A DNA stretch of 62,420 bases, filler included, from 12 parts of 12 records of this genome joined end to end with filler, not necessarily neighbours in it, one strand, 5' to 3'; numbered from the whole stretch's first letter, positions 33,773 to 46,654 are shown. Numbers and translations are program-made. Notes: generated from the letters alone by a model not told the origin.

Positions 33773-35760
33773 TCATAACAAGTCACCTTGCCCAACACCC
33801 GTAGGTGCACCGGCAGCAGCATACTCTTGATCTATCGACTGAAAATGCTCCTCCCCGGGGCCCACTTCAGCCAGGCCCACGCTGGTCCCTTGCACGCCCT
33901 CAGCAGCACCATTGCCGTCCATGTCGGAGTGCTCCGATGGCTTGTTCATTGGATTGCCCTCGGCATCGATCAGCGGCTGAGACAGCGGAGAGTTGAGCAC
34001 ATGCTCGCTCTGGACCAGCCACCAGACAAAATAGGACAGCGCCCCTGCCACCAGCAGACAGCCAATCACGAGCAGTAGCGTGCGCCACCAATTAGGCCCC
34101 GTCCACATGTTGTCGTCATCAGTCGGCTCCCGGGGCAGCAGAGGGCTGGCAGTGCATGCGGCATAGAATGGGGCCGCTTCTTGGGTGAGCTCCGCGCAGC
34201 TCTGGCCTGACGCGCCATCGTAGCACACACAGCTCGACCCTCGCCTGAATCCATACACACAGCCGCACCGCTGCTGCCGGCCCTCTGCAGACGGATACGC
34301 AAATCCAACCTGTTGGACGGAAGGGGCAAACAAAGTATAGAAATTGCTCACAAACACGTCGGTCAGCAGCGGGTACGGGTTGCTGCCGGCATCCTTTATG
34401 TTGATCCGGATTTGGCCGCCAGGAGAGTCGTAGCACTCCTCGGATCGGAGATACACGTTAGGACAAATCCTGAGATGGACCACTCTGTCGCCAATACCGC
34501 GGACTGAGAACTCCAGTATGGGGAATTGGTAGAGCGGCCGTGAGAGATCGGACTCCTTTATGCACTGGTACTGAGTAAGCGGCGCCAGTTTGGCGTAGTC
34601 TGTAGGGCTGAATGACTGCAGGCCTCTCCTGATTACCTCGAGTGCATCGCTGACAAGATAGAAAGGCCCGGCTGCGCCAGAATCGACCATGTAAGCCCCG
34701 TTATTCGGGCGGGGCAGGTGCTGGTTTGAAGAATATTCAGTGCCCATTACCCCTGATGTGATCTTCACCCCGGTAATGTCAATCGTGTAATACATTGCGC
34801 CCACCGCACTCGCACCTCCGTACCCGTGCTGGGTGTACTTGAATGGGCCTCTCATCAGCCCAGGCGAGGCCCATTTGAGCTCCGCCAGCGGGCCGAATTC
34901 GAGCGTGCCCATGCCCATCCCGTCGTCGGCGCCATGTCCCTGACCTTCAGCACCTTTGACAATGCATCCAGGGCATAGGAATAAGCTGAAATCCTGATCA
35001 AAACCGAACTTCTTCAGCTGGGGCAGTGTCGCCGCCTGATTCGCGGGTGGTGTCAGTCGATACGGGTAGCCCATCCCCATGATGGCTACCATTGCGTATT
35101 CATGTGGCCCAATAGTTTTGGCATAAAACGTGTCGCCGCCACACAGATTCTTCTCCATGACTATAAATTGGAAATTGTTCATCGCGGTAGCCCCGGGCAA
35201 GGTCACAGTGTCACGGAAAACACGCCCACTGAAGCCACCGGTGGCGTAACACTGCGTCGCAACGGCCCCGGGGGGGACTACCTGGCCCCCACTATTTTGA
35301 TCGTAGTGCGGCTCCTGGTCCGGAGAAGGATCGCAACACCAGGATCCCACAGATTGAGGAGTGCCTTGTGGTGGAATACACATCCCGTAGTCGCCGGTAC
35401 CACACCTGAAGCCTCCTGGGCACCTGCACCCCCGGCTCGGTTCAGCGAGGGGGGGGGGGGGCACTGGTCTGGGCAGTTCATCCGAACGAACCCGTTGCCG
35501 GGGACGGCTATGGTGGAAGAGCCGGTGTCGATCAGGGTGTCGATTAAGGTCCCGCCGAAGTCAACCTTGAGCATATACCCGCCGCTGGGCGACTCCATGG
35601 TGTTCAACACCATCAAAGGGTCCGAACGCCGGGACTGGGGCTCGCTCCGGCGGGACCCGGCAGGGCTCGCGGCCATGTGCGTGACTGTGAGCGTGCGTAC
35701 CTTGGAGTCCACCAGCCCGAGCGCCCCGCATAGGAGCACCCACCAACCCAGCCAAGCCAT
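33773..35760 (-). CDS. Membrane-anchored pepsin-family (A1) aspartic protease with EGF-like module
   Basis: Signal peptide; catalytic IDTGSS and VDSGAA; QVGFA; CVCYDGASGQSC; transmembrane segment. One intron with a poly-C run (~35424-35464) explains the frame change. Confidence 0.88.
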
Positions 35761-35822
35761 CCCGGAACAGCCCGTGCGAGATTCGAAGAACTGTGAAGAG
35801 AACTGTGAAGTCCGTTGTTGAC

Positions 35823-36809
35823 ATGGGCAGCAGCGTGCCGGTCTGGTTTGGGGCGGCGGTATCGGGCGGGCTGGCGGCCAATTTCGGGCTGATGCAGCTG
35901 AACGCGCTGCACCCGGGCTGCGCCAACCTGTGCACCCTATGCCAGTTCGGGTTCGGGGCAGCCGAGGGCCTTCTCACCCCGGCCCGACGCCGGACTCTGT
36001 TCGCCCGTCGGCTGCCGATGGCCAGCCACCTGGCGTTCGCGGGGCTTTTCTTCCTGGGGCCGTACCTGGGCAACCGGTCGGTGGCCATTACAGGGCCGGA
36101 CTTTTACCCGGTCTTCCTGGTGGTCCGCTCGTGCGGCTCAGCCGCCGCGATGGGGCTGGGCGCGCTGGTCGGCCGGCGGTACGCGGGCCCGCAGGTGGGC
36201 GCCGTGCTGCTGGCCACCGGCGGGGCGGCGGTGGCCACGCTCGGCTGTTACTACAGCTCGGACCGGTCGGTGCTGGCTGTGACGAGCACCGGGCCGGGGG
36301 CGTTCGCGGCCGGTGTCGGGCTGCTTCTGGCCAACTTGCTGGTGGATGCGGGGCTGGCCGTGTACCAGGCGGCGGTGTTTGGGCGGCACGGGCGGCACGT
36401 GGAGGAGGCGGTGATGATCTCAGGGCTGCTCGGCACGCTGCTGATGGCGCTGGTAGCTGGCAGGGCAGCCTGGGGGTTCCTTGTGCTCTGGGTCAGCACA
36501 CCCCGCTGGTACCCGGTGCTCGGGTGGCCGGTGCCGTTAGAGCTGGCGCTGCTGACGCTCAACTTCGTGGGCAACTGGAACGCCAAGAAGCTTTGTACCT
36601 GGCTCACAGCTAATAGCTCCGCGGTGCTAAGCTCTCTTGTGCCGATGCTCTATCGGTTAATCTCGACGGTGCTGGCTACCCAGATCGGCAACGGCGGGGT
36701 GCACCCGGCCACCTGGGTTGGGGTGGCCTGCGTGTTTGGCGGCTCGCTGGGTTATGTTCTGGCCAGCGTCGAACAACGACCGGCGCAGAAGTTGCCGCAC
36801 TTGCAATAA
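35823..36809 (+). CDS. Nucleotide-sugar transporter, UAA family (SLC35B4/YEA4-like)
   Basis: NLCTLCQF...AEG and PVFLVVRSCGSAAAM.LG.L.GRRY...Q...VLL.T.G; about 10 hydrophobic segments; intronless. Confidence 0.8.
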   Translation: MGSSVPVWFGAAVSGGLAANFGLMQLNALHPGCANLCTLCQFGFGAAEGLLTPARRRTLFARRLPMASHLAFAGLFFLGPYLGNRSVAITGPDFYPVFLVVRSCGSAAAMGLGALVGRRYAGPQVGAVLLATGGAAVATLGCYYSSDRSVLAVTSTGPGAFAAGVGLLLANLLVDAGLAVYQAAVFGRHGRHVEEAVMISGLLGTLLMALVAGRAAWGFLVLWVSTPRWYPVLGWPVPLELALLTLNFVGNWNAKKLCTWLTANSSAVLSSLVPMLYRLISTVLATQIGNGGVHPATWVGVACVFGGSLGYVLASVEQRPAQKLPHLQ

Positions 36810-37007
36810 TAATTGTACGAGTACGTGCAGTAACAGATTAATTAATGAAATGTGCACATGCCAACTAGGCATACTGTAGATCACGAGCCGTGGTGTGACG
36901 AGGCCATGTAACTCGCCAGCTAATAATAATCATTCATTGGCCCGACCACCCTATATACGTGGGCCTCCGCACTAGTCCGGTGGGCGCCACATCGGGGCAG
37001 CCGCCCT

Positions 37008-37165
37008 CTACAAATACTCGCCATGCCGCCCCCGGATGTTGCCCTCGACCAGGTTGCCCGCCCCGTCCAGCAGCACCAGCGTCGGGATCCCCCTCACGCC
37101 GTACTTCTCCCCGAGACTCTGCTTGAGGTCCCGCTCGGCGTATGGGAGCGCGAAGAAGGAGGGGC
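37008..37165 (-). CDS. C-terminal fragment of a nucleoredoxin/tryparedoxin-like thioredoxin-fold protein (not in ORF track)
   Basis: Minus-strand frame FFALPYAERDLKQSLGEKYGVRGIPTLVLLDGAGNLVEGNIRG..YL*. Confidence 0.75.
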
Positions 37166-37969
37166 CACGATCCAAGATCACGGGCGCGATGGACAGCTGG
37201 CGGCCACCGAAGTATAACGACGAGACGTTCGTGATTCGCNNNNNNNNNNNNNNNNNNNNNNNNNNNNNNNNNNNNNNNNNNNNTTAATTAATTAANNNNN
37301 NNNNNNNNNNNNNNNNNNNNNNNNNNNNNNNNNNNNNNNTATCAATCACTAGGTGCTCTAGCTACAATTATAAGGTGCATTCAGTTGATCGTGGAATCAC
37401 TGGGCCTCCAACCGCTGGCAGCCAACTCCTGACCAACTCTCTCCAAATCCGAGTTCTACCACAGTCCCATGGTAAGTACCAATCAAGCAGACTAGAGTGC
37501 TGGAGCGGATACTCACCAGTATTTCGTCAAGATACTCGTCATTTGGGTTGAGTGCAGCAACTAACCTCTGCACCTCAGCGATTGCGGTGGCACCGTCCTT
37601 GATCGGATTCGTCTCGAGTTCACTCTGTATCAGCATGACTTCCCCTCGCCTACACATGTGCATCAGATCGTAGCTGAGTGCGATGCCTGTAGAGCTACAA
37701 GGCTGCAAGGCTCTGGGGCTGTAGAGTTAGAGGGTTGTCACCTGTGCGGCCTCTTGTTGAGGTCTTCAACCACCGTGTTCCCCAGCTTTATCGGTCCAAC
37801 GCGTGGCATATGATACGATAAACAAGGTCTTCTACTTCCCACCCACCCAACGGTAGAGGGTGCCTAGATGTACCGTAATCTTGGGTCTACTGAGCTGTAA
37901 GCCTACAGTATTACGTAATTGTCCGGGTGTAACTTTAAGGCAATCGTTGTTTTGTCTTTAATTATGATT

Positions 37970-40661
37970 TTAGTCCTCCTTCTTCTTCTTCTTCTTCTTC
38001 GCACCCCAGATTTCCCCAACCAATGCCCGAGAGCGTGGGTCACAGTATTCTCGCACGATGAATTCAGCCTGACTCTTGATACTGACGTTTTCTGGTCCTG
38101 GATTGCCATGTTTCTCGTAGGTGATTTCCAGCAGCCTAGCAATCAAGTTCACTGTCTGGCCAAAGCTGTCCTTCGCATCAGAGTCAAGCAGTTGATGTAG
38201 CTTGATGTTTGACTCCTCGTCCTCTGAGAGCTTTCCACCCCGGTCTGCAATGTCTTCCACGTCTATACAAATTTGCTCTAGCTGCGAGTATGTTTGCAAC
38301 ATCCTGAACACTACGAGTGTCGACACTGAGCTAGACCCATGTCCGAGCTTTTGGCGCAGCCACAGAATCCAAGGGCTGTCCATCACATATATTCCCCAAA
38401 TTGCAAGATCCCCCATGAGCCCCCGAGTGTCAGCTGTCTGCTTCTTCTGGATGTTCTTATAACCAGTGACAATAAGCGCTAGCAACATTTTCACGACGAC
38501 GGCTGCAACAATTACTGCAACCAAGATCTGGAATATGATTGCCACAATGCCAATTTGATTAATTGAATCAGAATCAAGCTTCTGCGTCTTGAAGCCGAGG
38601 TACCTAAGGCAAAAAAAGTTACCCGACACGAAGCTCACGTAGACTCACCACATGTGGTTGAAGGCCCGGCTGGGGGTGCGGAAATGTGGATCTGCGCGTG
38701 CAATTACCATGTATCCAAACATGGCGAATCCGAACAAAATTACCATCAAAATAACCATTGTGTGCAGTACCTCCTTCATGATGTCCGCCAAGTAGCTCGT
38801 GAGTGTACTCAGCAGTGGCTGAAACTCGAGATGCTGGAGCAATCGAAACGCGCCAATAATGAAGAGAAGGAGCAGTGACATATCATGAATAACAAAACAC
38901 ACGGCACGCCCGTCAGAGTTCATACTCAATAATTGGGGGTGGATGTTGTCGCGCCACACATCCCACAAGCCGGCCAGGTCTCCAGATGTGACATCGCCCG
39001 AAATCTCCCTCGCTGTCTTGATGCTTGTCAGCCAGCCTTCCTCTTGCATTGACGTATGCAGCTCTTGATTCAGTGCATAAAGGCCCAACGTTGATATGAA
39101 CATGGTGACAAATGAGACATGGAAGATTATTGCAAGGCCTGGCACACAGCGGGTCAACCTGATCATTAGTGTGCAGGTTTCCACCTTTGTGCAACGGGTT
39201 CTTAGTCTCTCGGCCCGAACTTGTCCTGCACATTTGAGCGCCTTCCCCTGGCCGGTGCTGGAACAGACTTGTCCGGATGTCTGCCTGGTCTAGCAGATAC
39301 ATCCTGAGCTCGCTGTTGCCTGCTTGACACGTTCTGCTGTTAAATCCGTCGAGCGCAGTGACTGTGCTGGTCTTGCGCGGCTGGTGGAAGAAGATCTCGA
39401 ATGCAGTGAAAGGGATGCTGTGTGTACGTTCTATGCCTCTGCAGGCGGCAACAAGCTCCCATATCCATCTTCCTGCGTAAAGAGACCAGATCGACAGGCA
39501 GAGCACCATCAGCACTGCCGAGTTCGGATCTTCAAATGCCGAAATCGACTCATCCAAGCTCACTGCGGTCACCTGGCACAGGCATCAGAGAGGCTTTCTG
39601 GCGTGATGACAACCAGCTTTGCGCCGAATGATGGGAAGATTGCCTCAGTGGCAAAGTAGCCACTGCCGTAATCCTGGAGGCTGACAGCGAGGTACACGAG
39701 CGAATTGCAAGATTTGTAGAAGAGATAGGTATCGACCACAATGTTGTAGGTCCGGCCCGAAGAGACGAACGAGTTCTCTTGAAGCATAGTGGTCATCTTG
39801 GTCATGTCCGCACTGCAAGCCGCCAGAGTGTCACAGCCAAACCCAGTCGGAGCTGCTACCTGGAGAGGGACGAACTAAGAAACACCGAGTGCCCACGGTT
39901 GACATGGTCATACTCGATTTCAACACCATTGGGCAGTACCATTGGTTGGCTCGATTTGTCAGGTCGGTACTCCCAGCAACTGAAATCGAGCGCAAAGTAC
40001 TCGCACGCGGCCGGGGCTTTATTTTGGACGGTTATCCGCACTCCTCCGAGCATCGAGCCACCGTTGTACTGGTGGCCACGAGTCTGTACCGTTTGGCCGT
40101 TGACACTGACCGCCTGATTCCACTCTTCCAGGCTCCCAACAAGAAACGTCTCGCTCACCACCTTGGACCTGCACGCACAAGCGGGTGAGTAGGCGGATGC
40201 TCGGCTGCTGCGCCACCAGAATTCGGCGGCGGTAAACATGGTGTAATCCTTAGGCTTGAGCGCGGACAGATCGAGTTCCTGCGACGATGCCAATCAGGCG
40301 CCACCAGCTCGAGCTGAACCTGGTCTGAAGCCTCGGTGTGGTGAGCGATAGTTAGCACGAAATCGGCGATGAGCACATAGAGTATGAGGAACACTATGGC
40401 AGAGGCGAACCCGCGCCCGAGGTTGTAGTATTGGCAGACCAGGCTGAGAGCACTAGCCAGCTTGAACGAGGGTTTCATGCATATCTGGTGGTGCTCCAGC
40501 TTTGTGAAGCAGCAGGCCACGCTGCCGTGGTGCTCGCACATTGCCTCGTCGGTGCACGCGGCGTCATCCGGCGTCGAGCTCGGCTGTCGCACCGGGCTGG
40601 CCGGCAGGTCCAGCTGGCCCATGCCGCGGAACCAGGGCTCCGCGGCGGCCTCTTTCTTCAT
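37970..40661 (-). CDS. Polycystin (PKD2/TRPP)-like cation channel, multi-intron; may extend toward ~37400
   Basis: MLGGVRITVQN; IVVDTYLFY; FRLLQHLEFQPLLSTLTSYL..IM.E..H...ILMVILFGFAMFGY....D..F; VVVKMLLALIVTGY. Confidence 0.75.
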
Positions 40662-40820
40662 CCACAGGCCGCCCTCAGCACTGGTCTATCAGTCTGGCCA
40701 TTCCAGCGGCCTGCAGCAGTCTGGCCATTCAGCTGGAGATCGATATCGGCAACGGCACCAGGCTGCAAGCGCTTGGATTGCCTGGGGCTGAAGGGCAACA
40801 AGGCCCAGTCTGTCACAAGA

Positions 40821-42898
40821 ATGAAGGCAGCGGGGCTCCTGCTGCTCGGGGTGATCTCCATGGCCTGCTTGAGCCAGGACGCCACCAGCCAGGACATGGG
40901 CGACTGGGACCAAGACGACCTCGAGGAGGCACCACCCCCGCCGGCCCCAATGCCCCGATCAGCAGGGGCCGTGGACGAGGCAACCTTCGCGAAAGATCTT
41001 CGCGAGCGGATTAAGAAGGCGACGGAAGAGAAGCGCGCGGCGGCCCAGAATACGGTTCCCCCGGCGACGGCTCCCCCGGCCAAGAGAAAGTGTTCACCTG
41101 GCGCCGCTCGGCCGGCCAATGCGGCTCCCCCGGTCAAGAGAAAGTGTTCACCTGGCGCCACCCCGCCGGCCAATACGGCTCCCCCGGCCAAGAGACAGTG
41201 TTCACCTGGCGCCGCTCGCACCAGGACGGGGATCGGTTCGCTGCGCCCCCAACACCTGCGCCCATTCCCGCAGTTCGCCGCCTGGACCAACACCACCGTC
41301 TATCTGCCGAGCGGGGACGGCGCCAACGTCTCCCAGAAGGTAAGTCACGGCAAGATTGGACTGCCCGGGGAAGAGGCCGCCTCCCATTTCTCGGTGCTGC
41401 CGGCGGTGGTGCGGCCCGACGAGGTGAGCGCGATCTTGAAGCTGATGCGGGACAAGCGGCTGGTTCTGGACGATGACCCCGACTCAGTTGATGGGATGGC
41501 AAGCCGAGAGATGTTCGTATTCGAGCCGGGTCACCGGGACGGGCAGCCTACAGGAGGAACCTTGAAGGCCGACGTCCATACAAAGGTCTGGCAGGCTCGA
41601 GCACCGGTAAGGGCAGCGCTGGCGAAGATCATGCAGCCAGTGCTGGAGGAGCGGATCCTGCCGTTCATCCGCCTCAGGTTCCCGGAGTCGTGCGGGGACA
41701 CCGGGGATCGGGCCTGCACGGCGTGCTATTCACTGGTGCGCAGTTACCTGCCCGGCGAGCGAAGCACACATGCTCTGCATTATGACTCGCACGCAATACT
41801 CACGATGGTGGTTAGCCTGACCGAGTATGGCAAGGACTTCAAAGGCGGGCTGTACGTCACTTCGGATCGTGCGGAGCGGCACTTCCTCGGGCTGCGGAGG
41901 GGAGACGCTGTTGTCCACGGCGGGAATCTACTTCACGGGGTGGATGTGATGGACGGCGGCGAGCGCTGGTCGTGGATCGTCTGGTTTCGGGATTCTCCGA
42001 CCTGCCAAGATCACGGTCATGAGTGGTATGCACAGTGTGCAGAAGAGGGCAGCCCCACCTGTCAGTACCTGTATGCTACCAAGCTGCCTGCACCTCCAAA
42101 TGGCGACCAGCAAATTACGTTGCGACAGATCATGCACTGGAACCAGATGGCTGCAGCAGGCGGGCTGGGGGCAGCGATGGTCAAGCTTGGCCGCGCACAC
42201 TTGGGTCGTCTCGCCACATTCATGCCTCGGAACCACAGCGCTGCTGCTGCTATGTTTCGCTCAGCCGCGTGGCCCACGGGGGACTCCGACGGATTCTATG
42301 GCTTGGCCCAGATGATTCTAGAAGGTAACTGCCTCGGTGCCGTGATATGCTGAGCCACTGGCCAGGTCAGACGGATCCCCTGAGGGGTTCCGACGCGCCC
42401 AAGGCCTGCGAAGTGGTACGCTCGGGTCTGCGCCGATTCAACACCGTTGGTGTGCCCGAGTACCACCAGGGTGAAGACGAGCGACTGCGGGCCGCGTACG
42501 AGCGTGGAGGTGGCAAGGTGACGATCAATGTGCAGCTGATCACGGCGCTCGCGCTGCTGGAGGCGGCTGCGGTGGGGCGGCATCCGTTCGCCATGTTCAA
42601 TCTCGGCATTGCGCACTTATACGGCTATGGAGTGGCCTTGCGGGATCCAATACTTGCAGCCGAGTGGTTTGAGGCGTCTGGGCTGGCAGAAGGCTTCTTT
42701 GCTGCATCCATGCACGCTGGTGCCACCGGTGATCGAAAGAGACAAGCCGAGTTGACCAAGCGTGCAAAAGTGCTAGGCTGGGGCTCTGGCTGGCGCGAGA
42801 AGGCGAGGGAGAACACCGGATCGGGCGGTGCCGCTGGTGTTGACCTGAACTGCGTGTGGCCACCCGGCTTTGGAGGGCAAGTGCCTCCACGATGGTGA
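40821..42898 (+). CDS. Secreted/ER Fe(II)-2OG dioxygenase with C-terminal SEL1-like repeats
   Basis: Signal peptide; HYD...F.GG...GDAVVH..LLHGV..GERWSWIVWF; AMVKLG, AMFNLGIAHLYGYGV..D...AAEWF; one intron near 42325-42363. Confidence 0.82.
41069..41218 (+). repeat. Coding tandem repeat, 54-bp unit, ~2.8 copies (APPAKRKCSPGAARPANA)
   Basis: ggctcccccgg(c/t)caagaga(a/c)agtgttcacctggcgcc recurs three times at 54-bp spacing. Confidence 0.92.
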
Positions 42899-43126
42899 TA
42901 GTTGGTGAGCCCACTCGGTTTTGGTACTCGATGATACAATCATTACATTATTGATAAAATGATAAAATATGGTGAGAAGGTTTGGTATGAGCCTTTCATT
43001 GTTGCAGTAAGCTTACAATCCGGAACTTAAGCAACCTCGAGCTTCAGTTTTGATGAGGGGAGTCTCGTTTTAAGTCTCTTTCATCATGATGGTTGCCAAA
43101 CTGAAAGGAATCAAATTGACACCAAA

Positions 43127-43492
43127 TCAGTTCATGGTGGCATTGAACAGAAAGGCCTTAAACTTATCGGCATCGGCGGCCGCTTCGGCGCCAGCCCCCT
43201 CGGTGGCTTCGTTCACGATATCCACCACCTCTTCTTGCTTGCTTTGTAACGCTGCAGTCGCCTCTGCAGCCTTGGACTCCTCCTCCTTTGCTTTAGCAGC
43301 AGCCGCATCTGCAGCCTTGGTGTCCGTCTCTAGCTGCTTGGCAGCCTCCTCAGATTCGGCCTGTAGCCACAGGCTCAGTTCTATCTCATCGGATTGGCGG
43401 ACCTTCTCCTTCTCTGCCTTGGCTTTGGCTGCCTCTGCAGCCTTCTGCATCAACATCAACGCCATTGGGTCTGCCCCTTCCTCCTCTGCCTC
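43127..43492 (-). CDS. 3' fragment of an Ala/Glu/Lys-rich coiled-coil protein
   Basis: KAAEAAKAKAEKEK..AAAAKAKEEESK; truncated by the spacer. Confidence 0.55.
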   Translation of the reverse strand, partial: EAEEEGADPMALMLMQKAAEAAKAKAEKEKVRQSDEIELSLWLQAESEEAAKQLETDTKAADAAAAKAKEEESKAAEATAALQSKQEEVVDIVNEATEGAGAEAAADADKFKAFLFNATMN

Positions 43493-43592
43493 NNNNNNNN
43501 NNNNNNNNNNNNNNNNNNNNNNNNNNNNNNNNNNNNTTAATTAATTAANNNNNNNNNNNNNNNNNNNNNNNNNNNNNNNNNNNNNNNNNNNN

Positions 43593-44009
43593 GCGCACAG
43601 TGTGCTTAGCCAAGGATCAGGCGCCTTTATCTTGAAGCGGACTGTGTGCCCCAAGACGGGCAGTAAAGATAAATGCCAAACTTACAAAACTTCATGGTGC
43701 GTGAAAGCCGACAAGGACTTCTTTGATTCCAGCGGACATCCAACAGATCAACAGCTAGAAGCATTTGCTGTGAGTGCCTACCACCCGCAGCACTGAGCCT
43801 AAAGCCTTGTACTGAGCGTGCTTGGTTGCAGACTCACGTATCAGACAAGTGGGGCCATATCTATGATAAAAAGAAAGAGGCCATCAGAGATGCATGGTGA
43901 GTATGCCATAAAAGCGGAGTGCACGCCCATTGGTTTTATACTGCTTTTGTACAGGAGCTGCACCGGCGACGACATAGAAATCGCTGCAGATGCAGTGATG
44001 ATGTATTAA
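43593..44009 (+). CDS. 3' fragment of a hypothetical protein
   Basis: Short exons linked by gtgagt...cag introns, ending AADAVMMY*. Confidence 0.45.
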
Positions 44010-44192
44010 TGATAATCTAAGTACTGTACTCGTACTCGTAGTCTCGTACAATCATGCACATGACGGCACACTATTCATGACTATTGTACACGATGGATAG
44101 AAATGGTGTGCTACTTTACGTGATTTGCATGAGGGTTTCACTGGTCTTGTTTCGATTGCTATGTATCAAGTTACATCAACTTTAGAGTTGTT

Positions 44193-46654
44193 TTATTGCT
44201 CGTAGGCCATAGACTTTCTTGTCTTTGTCGTGTTGGCTTTTACGGCTTGGTACTTCTTAGATGCTAGCGAATAGAACAAGACACCTTGCTCGATGCCTTT
44301 CTCCAATACGATCAGCGCCTTGCGCAACGAAGACATCTTCCAGTCTCGCAGCGTGAGTTCTTGCGAAGCAGCGTCGTCTTGGCACTCGACCACGTCAAAC
44401 AAGTGCACACAGCACACATCTCGCACCAGTAGATCGGCTTGAACTTGGAGCAGATCAGATTCTAGTGTGTACAACCACGGTGCTGTTCCCTGCTGGATTT
44501 CGCAGTCAATGGTGGCTGCCAGTCTGGATAGCAGGCAATGCCCATGAACAGAGCTTTGAAGCAGTGGAAAGATCCGCCGCTGATGAGCCCTTGTGCCCCA
44601 GCTATGTGGATCGTACACCACGCGCCCAAACGAGTGCTGCACCACAAAACCCGGCCTGCCCCTCAACAAGCGGCGCTCTTCGGGTGACATGTGTCCAACC
44701 GCATTTCTGCTGGCAGCCATTGTTACGCTCCTGCGCATTTGCTCAAAAGAACTGGCGAAGGAGGCCATCTGCCACAGTAGTCTATCAACACTTTATGGTC
44801 ACCAATGTCAGCCAAGCTCACCTCGAAGCGGCCCGCGCTCCGCTCTTCTGCGCCTCCGAGCTGGACAAGCCATCGGTCGAGAAGCTCACGGAACCCGCCT
44901 CTCTCGAAGAAACCGCCAAGCACGGGGCATTCGTTCTGCCTCCGAAAACTGCAACCTGGCAGCAAGTCCCTGTAAAGCCTCGAAACGCAAAAATGGTGAA
45001 AGAAGTCGACACAGAGGTTGTGCGTCAGCTCGCTTGGCTCCCTGCAATAGCCTGTGGGTGTCTCTTGTTGCCCAGTCAAGCAAAAAAGCGGGTTCGGTGC
45101 CAGCCTGCCCCGCATCAACCCCACACCGAAATAACCGATCGCTCTCACCAGCACACACAGCCCAAACCAGGCTCAGATGCGCCAATCGCTCCGTCGCACA
45201 AACACCCGACGTGTCCGTTGGCCCCAACCACCACCTGCAGCTTTGGCTGACCGAGAGCACCGCGCGGGCTTCACCTGCCGTACAGCTTCCTTGTAAACCC
45301 ACTCGGCCAGCACAGCGCAGCACGCTTCCGCGTTAGCCGGCTGTCTTGACATCTGCCCCACAGGCTCTTCAGTGCCCCCGTTGCCCGCACCATCCGCTGC
45401 TCGCCCTCCACTGGCGCAAGAGATAGCATCTCCAGCAGTGTGGCGGCTGGAAGTTCGAGCAGCGCCGCGATCGAATCCAAGAGCTGCCCAACCCTCAAAC
45501 CTGCTGCAACCAAGCCGCCCACCTCCGGGTCGGCTGGAGCGAGCCCTGGCTGCGGTATGAACTCAAACCTCAAGTTCCCGAGCAGCATCACCGCAGAGAG
45601 CAGTCTGCACACCGAGCGCAGCGCCTCGGCCGTGAGCAACTGTGCGAGCTGCCGTCGGACCTCAGCCCAGGTGAACTCGGGCTCGAGTCGGGCAGGCACG
45701 CCAGCGAGATACTCGCGAGGCATGAGGAACTCGGATCGCTCATCCGCGGACGCGCCGTCTGCAAACGAAACCAGAGCGTTGAACGGCCAATCCGACCTGG
45801 CACCACCACCCACTCAGCCCTGCCCGGAGCCCTGCCCACCCGCCAGCCCGCAGCGCCCCTACTGGCGCCGAGTCCAGCCCGCCATACAGCAGCTGCACCG
45901 CATTGAACGGCGCACCCTCGTCCGGCCGCAGGAACCGAAACCCCAAGTACCCAGCCACCGCCTCGCACTGGCCTGCGTGTCGGTATCCCAGAAACAGCCG
46001 CCCGACCCACTCAAGCACTCGAAGCTGCACCGAGCGGTCAGACCGGCCTAGCCCGGCCCACCTGGCCGAGCAGCTGGCCGCTGGCCGCTGCGCCGTCGTG
46101 CGAGAGCACGGCCGCCACAGTCTGAAGCTGCGCCCGGCACAGCCCCGGAGGCCCGTAAAGAATGCAGCCGCGCCGCCGGCCGGCTCGGAGATGCCTGGCC
46201 GTGTTGACAATGTGCGCCCCGCTCACCTGACACAGGCTCGCACCCAGCCGGCTCGGGCGGGCGCCTCGTCGCCCGCGGCCACGTAATCCACTGGATCGAC
46301 GTACCCGCCTTTCTTCTTGCTCCAGCACGGGCCTGGAGCGATCTCGCCGTTGTATCCAAACCCTAACAGGTCCGCGCACAGCCCGGAACATTCCGAGAGC
46401 GTCACCCCGTTCCACCAGCGGGTCTGGCTCCTGGGCGACATCCAGGGCACCGCCCGCCGCCGGGCCTTGAGCAGCCGCCGGCCCGGGCTCACCCAGCTCG
46501 TGTCCCGCGCCAGCTCCCCCAGCAGCTGACCCTCGGCCGGCGCCTGCAATGTCCAGGGGCGTCGCGCCCAATCCGATGACAGCTCCGCCCCCGGGGCTGG
46601 TTCCGGCTCCGGCTCCGGCTCTGGTTCCGGCTCCGGCTCCGGCTCCGGCTCCGG
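44193..46654 (-). CDS. Highly degenerate myosin motor-like protein, 5' truncated
   Basis: Colinear myosin-like blocks: HIV..A..ILYGPPGLCR (P-loop position), RVLEWVG, FNAL..FADGAS..ER, RLLSAVMLLGNLRFE, IAALLEL....L..ML, LYGR and FVVQHSFGRVVY. Confidence 0.65.
46595..46654 (-). repeat. (CCGGAG)n coding microsatellite, (PE)n
   Basis: ccggctccggct... hexamer array running into the contig end. Confidence 0.9.

Noticed and set aside
35449..35461. G13 run as a frameshift or phase-variation site in the aspartic protease
   Set aside because: It lies inside a GT-AG mini-intron on the minus strand, whose removal restores the frame.
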